A stretch of DNA of 64,000 bases from an uncultured Gammaproteobacteria bacterium (GTDB lineage: Bacteria > Patescibacteriota > Patescibacteriia > Magasanikbacterales > GWA2-37-8), in contig CAYZYP010000001.1 of the NCBI GenBank assembly GCA_964482695.1, positions 4,143 to 68,142 of the forward strand. Reading direction: 5' to 3'. Below the pieces are notes generated by a model. It was not told the origin of the DNA, searched no databases, and was given only the letters and a program-made list of their open reading frames with translations. The translations under genes were made by a program, and so were the position numbers. The stretch's first letter is position 1, and the number at the start of each line of letters is the position of its first letter. This document shows, in pieces, positions 23,791 through 32,981 of the stretch.

Positions 23791-26040
23791 TCAGATATCC
23801 AAATTTTGTACTTGCTTGGCGTGTGTTTGAATGAATTTTTTGCGCGGTTCAACCTCGTCTCCCATAAGCACCTCAAAGATATTATTGGCTTCTTCGATGT
23901 CTTCCGCGGTGACTTTTTTCATCATACGATTTTCCGGATTCATAGTTGTTGTCCATAACTGGTCTGGATCCATTTCACCCAAACCTTTGTAACGTTGGAT
24001 GTTAATTTTGACCCCGCTAATTTTCATAATTTGATTTTCGTCGCTATTTTCTATTATTTCTTCATCGTCTTCTTTTTCGGCAACATCTTCTTTTTCTTTT
24101 GTCTCTTTAGGATTATTTTTTGTTGTTTTAGTATTTTTTGCCAAATCAGCTAAATGTTTTTCTTTTTCTTCGTCATTATAAACATAATGAGTTTCTTTGC
24201 CAAATTTAATACCATACAAAGGTGGCTGGGCAATATAAATATGGCCATTAGTTATTAAATCCGGAAAATGACGGAAGAAAAAGGTTAGTAGTAGAGTGCG
24301 GATATGAGCACCATCAACATCAGCATCTGTCATAATAACTATGTGATGATAGCGTAGCTTAGAGATATCAAATTGTTCGCCAATATTAGTGCCCAAGGCG
24401 ATAATCAAAGATTTAAGTTCGTTGTTAGTAAGAATTTTATCCAAACGAGCGCGTTCCACGTTTAATACTTTGCCGCGCAAAGGCAAGATTGCTTGGAATT
24501 CTCGATTGCGTCCTTGTTTGGCACTACCCCCAGCCGAATCACCCTCGACGATAAATAATTCTGTTTCTTCGGCGTTGCGGCTGCTGCAGTCGGCTAATTT
24601 ACCCGGTAAAGTAAAACCTTCTAAGGCACCTTTGCGCAATATGGTGTCGCGGGCTATTTTGGCCGCGTGTCGAGCTCTGGCCGAAAGCAAACATTTACCA
24701 ATTATATTTTCGGCGTCTTTTGGGTTTTCTTCTAAAAAAATCAGCATGGCTTCACTCATAACTGTGTCAACAGCAGATTTAACCTCCATATTGCCAAGCT
24801 TGGCTTTGGTTTGGCCTTCAAATTGTGGCTCCGGCACTTTGATTGAAATGATAGCGTTTAAGCCTTCGCGTACGTCCTCGCCAGTTAAATTATCATCTTT
24901 TTCTTTAAGGACATTTTTGTTGCGTGCATAGGTGTTTAAACTGCGAGTTAGAGCTGTACGAAAACCTGCCATGTGTGTACCACCTTCGGGATTAAATATA
25001 TTATTGGTAAAAGCAAAAACAGATTCGGTAAATTCATCGGTATATTGCAAAGCAATTTCAATTTTCATTTTTTCGTATTCTTTTTCTATATAGAAAACCA
25101 AATCGTTTTTTACCGTTTTATTTTGATTAAGGTGCCGGACATAAGAAGCAATGCCGCCTTCAAAATAAAATTGATAAGTTGTGTTGGGGAAGGGGATGGC
25201 GGTTTGATCTAAATTTTTTTCTTCTGTGTTACGACGATCGTTGATAATAATTCGTACGCCTTTGTTAAGGTATGCTTGTTGTCGGATATGGTCAACAATT
25301 GTTTTCCATTCAAAATTTAAGGAATCAAAAATAGTGTTGTCTGGTTTGAAAGTTATGATTGTGCCGGTATCTTTGCAGGCGCCGATTGGACGCACCTTTT
25401 TTATTGGTTCACCGCCATTTTTGTACTCTTGCATCCAAGCTTTACCTTCGCGATGGACTTCGGCTTTGCAATAAGAAGAAAGAGCGTTGACCACTGATAC
25501 ACCAACACCGTGTAAACCACCGGATACTTTATAGCCGCCATCGCCAAATTTACCGCCGGCGTGCAGTTTGGTTAAGACCACTTCTAGAGCGCTGATTTTT
25601 TCTACTGGGTGGATATCAACTGGAATGCCACGGCCATTATCTTTTACTTCTACCGAATGATCTGGTAGTAGTGTCATGGTAATTTCCGTGCAATAACCAG
25701 CCATGGCTTCGTCTATAGAGTTATCAATAACCTCCCAAACTAAATGATGCAAGCCCGAAGGTCCGGTAGAGCCAATATACATGCCTGGCCGGCGTCTAAC
25801 AGCCTCTAAACCTTCTAAAACAGTAATATTTTTAGCGCTATAGCCTTCGGATTTGGGTTTTTTGATTTTGGTTGTTTTTTGGTTTGTGGTTGCTGGCAGA
25901 GCAACTTCGGTTTTTTTGACAGCTACAGCAATTGGTTCTAGGGGTTTAATTTTTGCAATCTCATTTTTTTGATTAGAGGGTGGTTTTTTAATATTTGATT
26001 TTAGTTCAATTCTTCCTTTTTGTATTCGTTTTAATGGCAT
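23791..26040 (-). CDS. gyrB: DNA gyrase subunit B
   Basis: 'LEGLEAVRRRPGMYIG', 'SGGLHGVG', 'EGDSAGG', 'PLRGK', 'DADVDG', 'QRYKGLGEM'. Confidence 0.96.
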   Translation of the reverse strand: MPLKRIQKGRIELKSNIKKPPSNQKNEIAKIKPLEPIAVAVKKTEVALPATTNQKTTKIKKPKSEGYSAKNITVLEGLEAVRRRPGMYIGSTGPSGLHHLVWEVIDNSIDEAMAGYCTEITMTLLPDHSVEVKDNGRGIPVDIHPVEKISALEVVLTKLHAGGKFGDGGYKVSGGLHGVGVSVVNALSSYCKAEVHREGKAWMQEYKNGGEPIKKVRPIGACKDTGTIITFKPDNTIFDSLNFEWKTIVDHIRQQAYLNKGVRIIINDRRNTEEKNLDQTAIPFPNTTYQFYFEGGIASYVRHLNQNKTVKNDLVFYIEKEYEKMKIEIALQYTDEFTESVFAFTNNIFNPEGGTHMAGFRTALTRSLNTYARNKNVLKEKDDNLTGEDVREGLNAIISIKVPEPQFEGQTKAKLGNMEVKSAVDTVMSEAMLIFLEENPKDAENIIGKCLLSARARHAAKIARDTILRKGALEGFTLPGKLADCSSRNAEETELFIVEGDSAGGSAKQGRNREFQAILPLRGKVLNVERARLDKILTNNELKSLIIALGTNIGEQFDISKLRYHHIVIMTDADVDGAHIRTLLLTFFFRHFPDLITNGHIYIAQPPLYGIKFGKETHYVYNDEEKEKHLADLAKNTKTTKNNPKETKEKEDVAEKEDDEEIIENSDENQIMKISGVKINIQRYKGLGEMDPDQLWTTTMNPENRMMKKVTAEDIEEANNIFEVLMGDEVEPRKKFIQTHAKQVQNLDI

Positions 26041-26177
26041 ATTATATTAGTGTTATTAGCGCCTAATTAGTATTATTAGCACTAACATTTTAGCATGTTT
26101 TGGATAAAGCGGCAAGAGGGCTAGCTAGGCTTTTAGTTTGTTTTCTGTTATAATAATTTTATTAAGTTAAATTTTTT

Positions 26178-27143
26178 ATGGTTAATTTATATAATTTTAA
26201 AAATAGGTCAGTCAACAGTCAGCCGCCAGAGACCAAAGAAGACAAAGCAAGCGAGGCGCCTAAAAAAATAACCGATTTTACTAAGTATGTAAAACCTGGG
26301 GGTGAGGGTTTGAGTGCCAAGGAATTAAAATGGGGTTTGTGGTTAAAAAAGCATGAAGTTTTATTGTATAAATTTTTGGTTGGTTTTCTGATTATTTTTA
26401 TCATTATTAATATTGTTTTTAGTTTTTGGCGTTGGGGTGTTTTTATAACGGGTATTTCTAAACAGCAAATTTTAGATAAGCAATTGTTAAGTTTTATTAA
26501 TTATAGTAGCGGCCATTCGTATTTTGGAGCTCAACCTTTGCAGATAATGGGCGTGCAAGTATTGGCTGGCGGAGTAAACAAATATGATATAATTGCCGAA
26601 GTATATAATCCAAATGATGACTTTATTACTTTTTTTAGTTATTATTTTACCGTAGGTAACGATAAAACCGTTTCCAAAAATACTTTTTTATTACCAGGAG
26701 AGGCCAGACCAGTAGCTATTTTGGGTATTGATAGTGGTACGGTTTTAAATTCTCCAACTTTGACCATAGAAAATTTACATTGGCAACGGGTATCTGCTCA
26801 CGAAATAAAAGATGCCAAGTCGTGGCAGGATTATCGTCTAGATTTTAAAATTAGCAGTACTACTTTTATGGCCGCGTCGGCAAAAACTGGCAGTGGTCCT
26901 GATGCAAATGTTATTCAATTTAAATTAACTAACAGCAGTCCGTATAATTACAAGGAGTCAGAATTTTATATTGGCTTGTATCAAGGAAGCAGTTTTGTTG
27001 GTTTACTGCCATTACGCTTGGATTCTTTTAAATCATTGGAAACAAAAGATATAGATGTTCGCAGTTTTGTTACTAATCTTAATATAAATAATGTTGTTAT
27101 TTATCCGCTAATAAATGTGTACAATAAGAATGTGTATTTTTGA
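26178..27143 (+). CDS. Hypothetical single-pass membrane protein with beta-rich extracellular domains
   Basis: 321 aa, one TM near residue 65-85; upstream of rodA. Confidence 0.7.
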   Translation: MVNLYNFKNRSVNSQPPETKEDKASEAPKKITDFTKYVKPGGEGLSAKELKWGLWLKKHEVLLYKFLVGFLIIFIIINIVFSFWRWGVFITGISKQQILDKQLLSFINYSSGHSYFGAQPLQIMGVQVLAGGVNKYDIIAEVYNPNDDFITFFSYYFTVGNDKTVSKNTFLLPGEARPVAILGIDSGTVLNSPTLTIENLHWQRVSAHEIKDAKSWQDYRLDFKISSTTFMAASAKTGSGPDANVIQFKLTNSSPYNYKESEFYIGLYQGSSFVGLLPLRLDSFKSLETKDIDVRSFVTNLNINNVVIYPLINVYNKNVYF

Positions 27144-27157
27144 TATTTATTGTTGGT

Positions 27158-28252
27158 ATGTCTATTTTTCGGCGTTTATCTCTTCGTAATTTTGATTGGC
27201 CGTTACTGGTTGCCGTAATTATGTTAATGGCGATAGGACTAGTGGCTATTTATAGTATTGACCTGTCGCGCGGCACAGAACTAACTTTTTTTAAAAAACA
27301 ATTAATTGCCGTGGCGATTGGCATGATTTTGGCATTAGTTATCAGTTTTTCGCAAAGTACTTTGTGGTACAATTTAGCAAAATGGTGGTTTTTCACCGTG
27401 ATAATACTTTTGGTTTTAGTTTTATTGTTTGGTAGTATTATTCGCGGTACTAGAGGTTGGTTTGAAGTGGCTGGTTTTACTTTTCAGCCAGTGGAAATCG
27501 CGAAATTAGGATTGATATTGATTTTGGCTTATATTATTTCTAATTTTGGCCGCCGTTTTGAACGGCCGCTTTTTTTTTATGGCACTGCTTTTGTTGCATT
27601 TTTGCCGGTAGCGTTGGTTTTGTTGCAACCCGATCTAGGGTCGGCGATTTTGTTGGTTTGCATTTGGTTTGGTTTAATGTGGCTAATAGGCGCTAGGCGT
27701 TTGTTTATAGCCACTTTTATTTTGTTTATAGTAGCGGCTTCTTTTGTCGGTTGGCGTTTCTTTTTAAAAGATTATCAAAAAAATAGGCTGATAACTTTTA
27801 TTGATCCTAGCCGCGATCCTTTGAAAGAGGGTTATAATGTTAATCAATCAATTATCGCCGTGGGAGCAGGAAAATTATTTGGTCGTGGTTTGGGTTTTGG
27901 TTCACAAAGCCAGCTTAAATTTTTGCCAGAAGCGCAGACAGATTTTATTTTCGCGGTAATTGGCGAGGAGTTGGGATTAGCGGGCGCGATGGCCTTGTTG
28001 ACATTGTTCGGAATTATTTTTTGGCGGTTGATTTTAATGATTAAGCGGTCTACAGACGATTTTATATCAATTACCGCTAGTGGCTCGTTGATTTTATTTT
28101 TTGCCCAATTTTTTACCAATATTGGCGCTTGTTTAGGGTTGTCGCCTATTACCGGAGTGACCTTGCCTTTTGTAAGTTATGGCGGCTCGTCTTTGGTTGC
28201 CAATTTAATATTAGTAGGCATTTTAGAAAGTATGGCTAGAAAACAGCTCTAA
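27158..28252 (+). CDS. rodA: Rod shape-determining protein RodA (SEDS family)
   Basis: 'FQPVE.AK', 'QPDLGS', 'GYN..QS.IA.G.G', 'LPEAQTDFIF', 'LPFVSYGGSS'. Confidence 0.92.
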   Translation: MSIFRRLSLRNFDWPLLVAVIMLMAIGLVAIYSIDLSRGTELTFFKKQLIAVAIGMILALVISFSQSTLWYNLAKWWFFTVIILLVLVLLFGSIIRGTRGWFEVAGFTFQPVEIAKLGLILILAYIISNFGRRFERPLFFYGTAFVAFLPVALVLLQPDLGSAILLVCIWFGLMWLIGARRLFIATFILFIVAASFVGWRFFLKDYQKNRLITFIDPSRDPLKEGYNVNQSIIAVGAGKLFGRGLGFGSQSQLKFLPEAQTDFIFAVIGEELGLAGAMALLTLFGIIFWRLILMIKRSTDDFISITASGSLILFFAQFFTNIGACLGLSPITGVTLPFVSYGGSSLVANLILVGILESMARKQL

Positions 28253-28319
28253 TATTACATATACTCTTGACAATATGTGGAAAATCAATTAATATCTTCT
28301 TATCTTTAAAAAAAGGTTT

Positions 28320-28649
28320 ATGTTGGCAAAGGGCGAAGAAAAGCAGCCAGAATCTTGGCGGCAAGGCTTAAAACTAATCAATCAGTGCCCGGTATGTGGG
28401 AGCGATTTTAATAAAAAAATCGCTAAATTTTTTGGTAAAGGAAAAGGATCACAGTTGGTGCATATTACTTGTGTTAAGTGTAAAGGAAATTTTGTAGCCA
28501 ATATTATGATATTTAACAAAGGGGTAAGTACTATTGGTATGATAACAGATCTAAGTTTTGAAGATGTTAAAAAATTACACAACAGCGCGCCAATAGAAGT
28601 AGATGAGGCGATTGAAGGTTATAAAAGATTATTTATTGATGGAAAATAA
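28320..28649 (+). CDS. Zinc-ribbon hypothetical protein
   Basis: CPVC...H.TC.KC; TTGACA-N17-TAATAT upstream at 28267-28295. Confidence 0.7.
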   Translation: MLAKGEEKQPESWRQGLKLINQCPVCGSDFNKKIAKFFGKGKGSQLVHITCVKCKGNFVANIMIFNKGVSTIGMITDLSFEDVKKLHNSAPIEVDEAIEGYKRLFIDGK

Positions 28650-28730
28650 GGAAAAATAGTTTGTAGAATTATAAAGTTATAAAATTATTAAAATATTTTT
28701 TAACTTTATAATTTTATAACTAATAATAGT

Positions 28731-29447
28731 ATGGATTATAATTTAAAATCACAAAAACGCGAAGAAAAAGGAGAAAAGGTACGTAGCAAACAAATAGTGC
28801 CAGCGATTGTTTATGGCGCCAATGGTAAAAATATTTCATTGTCTCTAGACAGAGATGAATTTAATAAATTATATAAACAAGCAGGCGAATCTAGCTTGAT
28901 TGATTTGTTTGTAGGCGAGCAAAAAGAAGGAAAAGTTCTTATTCAAGCTGTGCAGTACGACCCAGTAACAGATAGAGTTACGCACGTTGATTTGCGTCGT
29001 ATAGACATGAATAAAGAAATTATAACAGATATTTCATTGCAACTTATCAGTGAAGCGCCAATTATCAAGGAGCAGGGCGGTACTTTAGTGAAAAACATTG
29101 ATCAAGTTAAAGTAAAATGTTTGCCTGGAGCGTTGGTTTCGGCAATCACCGTTGATCTATCAGTAATTAAGAGTTTTACCGATGTGATTAAAGTAAAAAA
29201 TTTAATTTTACCACCAGGTATAACTATTATCAGCCCAAGTGGCGACGATGTAATAGCCAAAGCTATCCCAGCTTTAACCGAAGAAGAAATTAAAGCCATG
29301 GAAGCAAAGGGTGCGGCAGATATCGCGAAAATTGAAGTTGCTGGCGCCAAAGAAGAAGTTGTCGAAGGCGAAGAAGCTACTGGCGATGGCAAGAAAGAAG
29401 AGAAAAAAGATGAAAAGAAAGAAGATAAGAAAGATGAAAAGAAATAA
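28731..29447 (+). CDS. rplY: 50S ribosomal protein L25/Ctc
   Basis: 'VPAIVYG', 'VQYDPV...HVD', CTC domain, E/K-rich tail. Confidence 0.93.
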   Translation: MDYNLKSQKREEKGEKVRSKQIVPAIVYGANGKNISLSLDRDEFNKLYKQAGESSLIDLFVGEQKEGKVLIQAVQYDPVTDRVTHVDLRRIDMNKEIITDISLQLISEAPIIKEQGGTLVKNIDQVKVKCLPGALVSAITVDLSVIKSFTDVIKVKNLILPPGITIISPSGDDVIAKAIPALTEEEIKAMEAKGAADIAKIEVAGAKEEVVEGEEATGDGKKEEKKDEKKEDKKDEKK

Positions 29448-29462
29448 AATTTTAAAAAACAC

Positions 29463-29494
29463 ACATCCCGATTTCCAGTCGGGATGTTTTCTTT
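29463..29494 (+). terminator. Intrinsic terminator after rplY
   Basis: acatcccga-tttccag-tcgggatgt followed by tttcttt. Confidence 0.75.
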
Positions 29495-29514
29495 AGGGAC
29501 TATTTGTTTTGATT

Positions 29515-30570
29515 ATGGATTTCCAATTTTTAAAATATCTTGAGGATAAAAAATTTTTAATACCTTTTTTCTTATTTGTTAGTTTTTTGTTTTTATTAGC
29601 AATTAGCTACTGGTCGTATGTTTACTTTACGACCAATAAGTTTTTTTTACAGTTTAATAATAATTTGTCTAATAAACAGCCTGTTTATTTTTCTCAATTA
29701 GACGGCAGTTTGGTCACAAGTAAACAAGACCAAATACCAGAAATAGTTGGTATAATGATTGATAATCATCCAGACGCCAGGCCACAGAGCGGTTTATCAG
29801 AGGCAAGCGTGGTGTATGAAGCTTTGGTAGAAGGAGGCATGACTAGATATTTAGCGATTTACAATAAAGAACAAGTAGTAGAAAAAGTTGGCCCGGTGCG
29901 TAGCGCCAGACCATATTATATTGATTTTTTAGGAGAGTACGGACATCCAGTGTATATGTTTTGTGGCGGTTCACCACAGGCTTTGGAAGACGTAAAAAGC
30001 GTTAATTTGTTGGCTGGCAATGAAATTTATTTTGGCAGTTATTATTGGCGAGATAATGCGCTTGTCTCGCCGCATAATTTATTTACCAGCAGCAGCTTGT
30101 GGAAAAAATTATCTAGTAATTTTAATAAAAATAGCACTTCTTCTGTTTGGTCTGGTTGGCAATTTAGTAACAGTGTCACTTCCAGCAAAGATATTAAAGA
30201 TATTATTCTGTCTTTTTCATACTATTATGAAGTAGAATGGAAATACAATGAAAACAAAAATAATTACGAACGTTATATTGATAATGTTCAGCAGAAAGAT
30301 AGCGCAGGCATGGTTCTTACCGCCGATAATATATTAATACAATTTGCGCCCGTTCAATTATTAGATGAAGTTGGTCGTTTACAAATTGATACCAGCGGCG
30401 GCGGCGAAGCTAGGGTGTTAAGAAAGGGTGGCATGATATATGGCGCGTGGAAGAAAGAAAATAGCCGCACTAGATTTTATGATAAAGAAGGCCAGGAAAT
30501 ATTTTTGGTTCCAGGGAAAACTTGGGTTGAAGTATTGCCGGCAAATGCAATAATTAAAGTATCTAATTAA
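29515..30570 (+). CDS. DUF3048 (YerB-like) membrane-anchored protein
   Basis: 'IDNHPDARPQSGLS.A..VYE..VEGG.TR', 'GPVRSARPY', 'PHNL', 'PGKTWVEV'. Confidence 0.88.
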   Translation: MDFQFLKYLEDKKFLIPFFLFVSFLFLLAISYWSYVYFTTNKFFLQFNNNLSNKQPVYFSQLDGSLVTSKQDQIPEIVGIMIDNHPDARPQSGLSEASVVYEALVEGGMTRYLAIYNKEQVVEKVGPVRSARPYYIDFLGEYGHPVYMFCGGSPQALEDVKSVNLLAGNEIYFGSYYWRDNALVSPHNLFTSSSLWKKLSSNFNKNSTSSVWSGWQFSNSVTSSKDIKDIILSFSYYYEVEWKYNENKNNYERYIDNVQQKDSAGMVLTADNILIQFAPVQLLDEVGRLQIDTSGGGEARVLRKGGMIYGAWKKENSRTRFYDKEGQEIFLVPGKTWVEVLPANAIIKVSN

Positions 30571-31474
30571 ACAGGCTTATAATAACTATCCGATCTTGTC
30601 CGGCAAGATCTTTTTTTATTTTTACACTAGCCTTTGGAAGTAGGCCGTTAATTATTTTGGTTATTTTTTCAGTTTGACTAGGGTCTATTTCTAATAATAC
30701 CGTAACATTATAATATTTGATATTAGATATCAGATATTGGATTTGTTTTATCAGTTTTTTGTATAAAGATAACCCGTCATTTTTATCGGCGATAAGAGCC
30801 TGGCGTGGTTCATGCTGAATAGTTGGTGAAAAAGCGAATTGTTGGCCAGTGAGATAAGGGAGATTGGCGGTGATTATGTAATTTACGATTGCAGACCTGC
30901 CCGCCAGATGGCAGGCGGGTTGCAGATTTAAGATTTTTTCCATTGGTTGTAATAAGTCTCCATGCAAGAATTGAATTTTTGTATTATGTTTTTGAGCGTT
31001 TGTTTTAGCAACGCGTAAAGCCGGGTGCGAAACATCAATAGCATAGGCAACTATTTGTTTGTTTGTTGCTTTGTCCAGTGGTTTATTAATTGAAATAGGA
31101 ATACACCCCGATCCAGTGCCCACGTCAATAATCGCTAGTTTGTTAATCGCTAGTTGTTCACTATTAATTTGTTTAACAACCTCTTCTACCATTAGCTCTG
31201 TTTCTGGCCTGGGAATAAGCACATGCTTATTAATATAAAAGTCCAAGCCGCAGAATTCTTTGTGTTTGGTAATATAGGCTACGGGCCAGCCTTTTTTAAA
31301 CAGACGCAGATAATAAAAAAAGCGTAATTTTACTAACAAGCCTAATTTATATTCCGGGTGAGAATAGATAAATTCTTTTGATTTATTAATGGCGCGTGCG
31401 AGAAGAATAATTGCGTCCAATTGTTTATTGGGGTTAGATATATTTAAATTTTTAAGGGCGTCTTTTATAATCAT
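30563..31474 (-). CDS. prmC: Release factor glutamine methyltransferase
   Basis: 'P.AYI', 'VLIPRPETE', 'DVGTGSGCI', 'ANLPY', 'HEP..AL', 'DLAG.DR'; start moved to 31474. Confidence 0.92.
   Translation of the reverse strand: MIIKDALKNLNISNPNKQLDAIILLARAINKSKEFIYSHPEYKLGLLVKLRFFYYLRLFKKGWPVAYITKHKEFCGLDFYINKHVLIPRPETELMVEEVVKQINSEQLAINKLAIIDVGTGSGCIPISINKPLDKATNKQIVAYAIDVSHPALRVAKTNAQKHNTKIQFLHGDLLQPMEKILNLQPACHLAGRSAIVNYIITANLPYLTGQQFAFSPTIQHEPRQALIADKNDGLSLYKKLIKQIQYLISNIKYYNVTVLLEIDPSQTEKITKIINGLLPKASVKIKKDLAGQDRIVIISLFN
30895..30920. repeat. Short GC-rich palindrome in frame within prmC
   Basis: acctgcccgcca-ga-tggcaggcgggt, flanked by direct repeat ttgcaga; encodes QPACHLAGRS. Confidence 0.7.
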
Positions 31475-31493
31475 AAACTTTAAATCCCGAACT

Positions 31494-32981
31494 CTAATTA
31501 GTTGTTTTTTTAGTGTAGAGCAAAAGTCCATCAAGTTCCGGTATACATAGCGGGTAGATAGTTTTTAGTCGCCAGCCTTGTTTTTCTAAAATTTTTGGCA
31601 CATGTACGCCAACATAGTCGTTGTTTAAAATTAAGATTTCGTCATAATTGTCTAGTTGGTTATTTTTAATCCAAGCTTCAACTTCTTTATCTTCGTGTTT
31701 AAAGCGAATAAAATTTCTTTTGATAATGGCTTCATCCCAATCGGTTTCTTTTTCTTGAAAGTAAGGCAGTGCCACCAGGGATTGATTATAATACCTGTCT
31801 ATTAAAGGTTTAAAGATAAAACTATTATAAATAAAAATTTGTTTTTTATTTTTGTTAATATTTTGACCGACATATTTATTAATATCGCCCCAATTATTAA
31901 CTGGTAAATTGACGAAAAAAAGGGAAAATAGTCCTGGCAGTAAAGCAATCAAGATGCTTAAATAAGTTAAAGGGGGGAGTTTATTGGTAAAATAAACAAT
32001 AGAATAGGCGCTAAGTAAAGTTATAAAAGGCAAGGCAACAATAATAAATTTAATACTCCAGATTTGTAAACAAGCGGCTATTATAATAGGCAAGAAAACA
32101 AACAATAATAAATAAAAAAAGTTTTTGTCTGCGTGATTGTTGTTTTTTTGTTTAATTAATATCAAAATTATTGATAGGAGTAAAATAATGAAAAAAAGCA
32201 AACTAGTTTGCCAGAAGATAGGCCCAAAAATTAATAATTGCACTGTTTTAACAATAACCTCTAGATTGTATGGAATGTTAAAAAACCAAGCCCCATGAGC
32301 GACGTCGGAATTTAGTTTATTACCTATAGCTGGTATGGCCCAGATTAGCCAAATCAGAAAAGGCAGGATGTTTATTTTTAAATATTTTTTGATTTCGGTT
32401 TTTTCATTTAGCAATATTATAAGCAGTTGCGTTATAAAGATATAACACGATGTCAGGTGGGTAAAGAGTAATAATGTATTAACAAAGGCGAAAATAATAG
32501 CATTTTTTTTGTTATTCTGTTTTTTAACAAAAATTTTAAAAAAATAATCAACCGAAATAATAGTTAACATTAAAAATAGGCTATAACCTCTAGCAGTGGC
32601 CGAAGTTAATATGTGGTATGGGTGCAGAGCTAGCATTAGGCCAGCGATTAGGGCGATTTTTGGATTAAAAATTCTTTTGCTAAAATTATACAAAAAATAA
32701 ACGCTTAAAGAACCAAAAATTAGGCTTGGTATTCGCGCCCAAAATTCGTTGGCTGGGAAAATATAAAACCATAATTTTAAAATAAACATGTGTAGCGGCG
32801 GGTTTGTTTCCCATGTCCAATATTTTAGGCTTAAACCCCACGGTTTTTGGCTGTAAATAAAACTAAATATTTCATCAAACCAAAAATCGCCGTATTTGAT
32901 AATGGTGATGTATCGAAGAATGACACCAACAGCAATAATGATTATTAGAGGTAAATATTTTTTATAACGCGTGATATTCAT
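31494..32981 (-). CDS. GT-C membrane glycosyltransferase (ArnT/PMT-like)
   Basis: 'W.DE', 'PPL', 'R.PS', 'AR.Y' motifs and many TMs. Confidence 0.82.
   Translation of the reverse strand: MNITRYKKYLPLIIIIAVGVILRYITIIKYGDFWFDEIFSFIYSQKPWGLSLKYWTWETNPPLHMFILKLWFYIFPANEFWARIPSLIFGSLSVYFLYNFSKRIFNPKIALIAGLMLALHPYHILTSATARGYSLFLMLTIISVDYFFKIFVKKQNNKKNAIIFAFVNTLLLFTHLTSCYIFITQLLIILLNEKTEIKKYLKINILPFLIWLIWAIPAIGNKLNSDVAHGAWFFNIPYNLEVIVKTVQLLIFGPIFWQTSLLFFIILLLSIILILIKQKNNNHADKNFFYLLLFVFLPIIIAACLQIWSIKFIIVALPFITLLSAYSIVYFTNKLPPLTYLSILIALLPGLFSLFFVNLPVNNWGDINKYVGQNINKNKKQIFIYNSFIFKPLIDRYYNQSLVALPYFQEKETDWDEAIIKRNFIRFKHEDKEVEAWIKNNQLDNYDEILILNNDYVGVHVPKILEKQGWRLKTIYPLCIPELDGLLLYTKKTTN

Noticed and set aside
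24389-24931. Long antisense ORFs opposite gyrB (also opposite rpsB, rplY and the radical SAM gene)
   Set aside because: Shadow frames of conserved genes with no motifs or expression signals.
5964-26040. Inteins or introns in uvrA, queA or gyrB
   Set aside because: The inserts are under 45 aa and lack intein splice motifs or intron-sized structure.
29390-29447. Repetitive KKEEKKDEKK coding sequence
   Set aside because: Ordinary low-complexity tail of L25/Ctc proteins.
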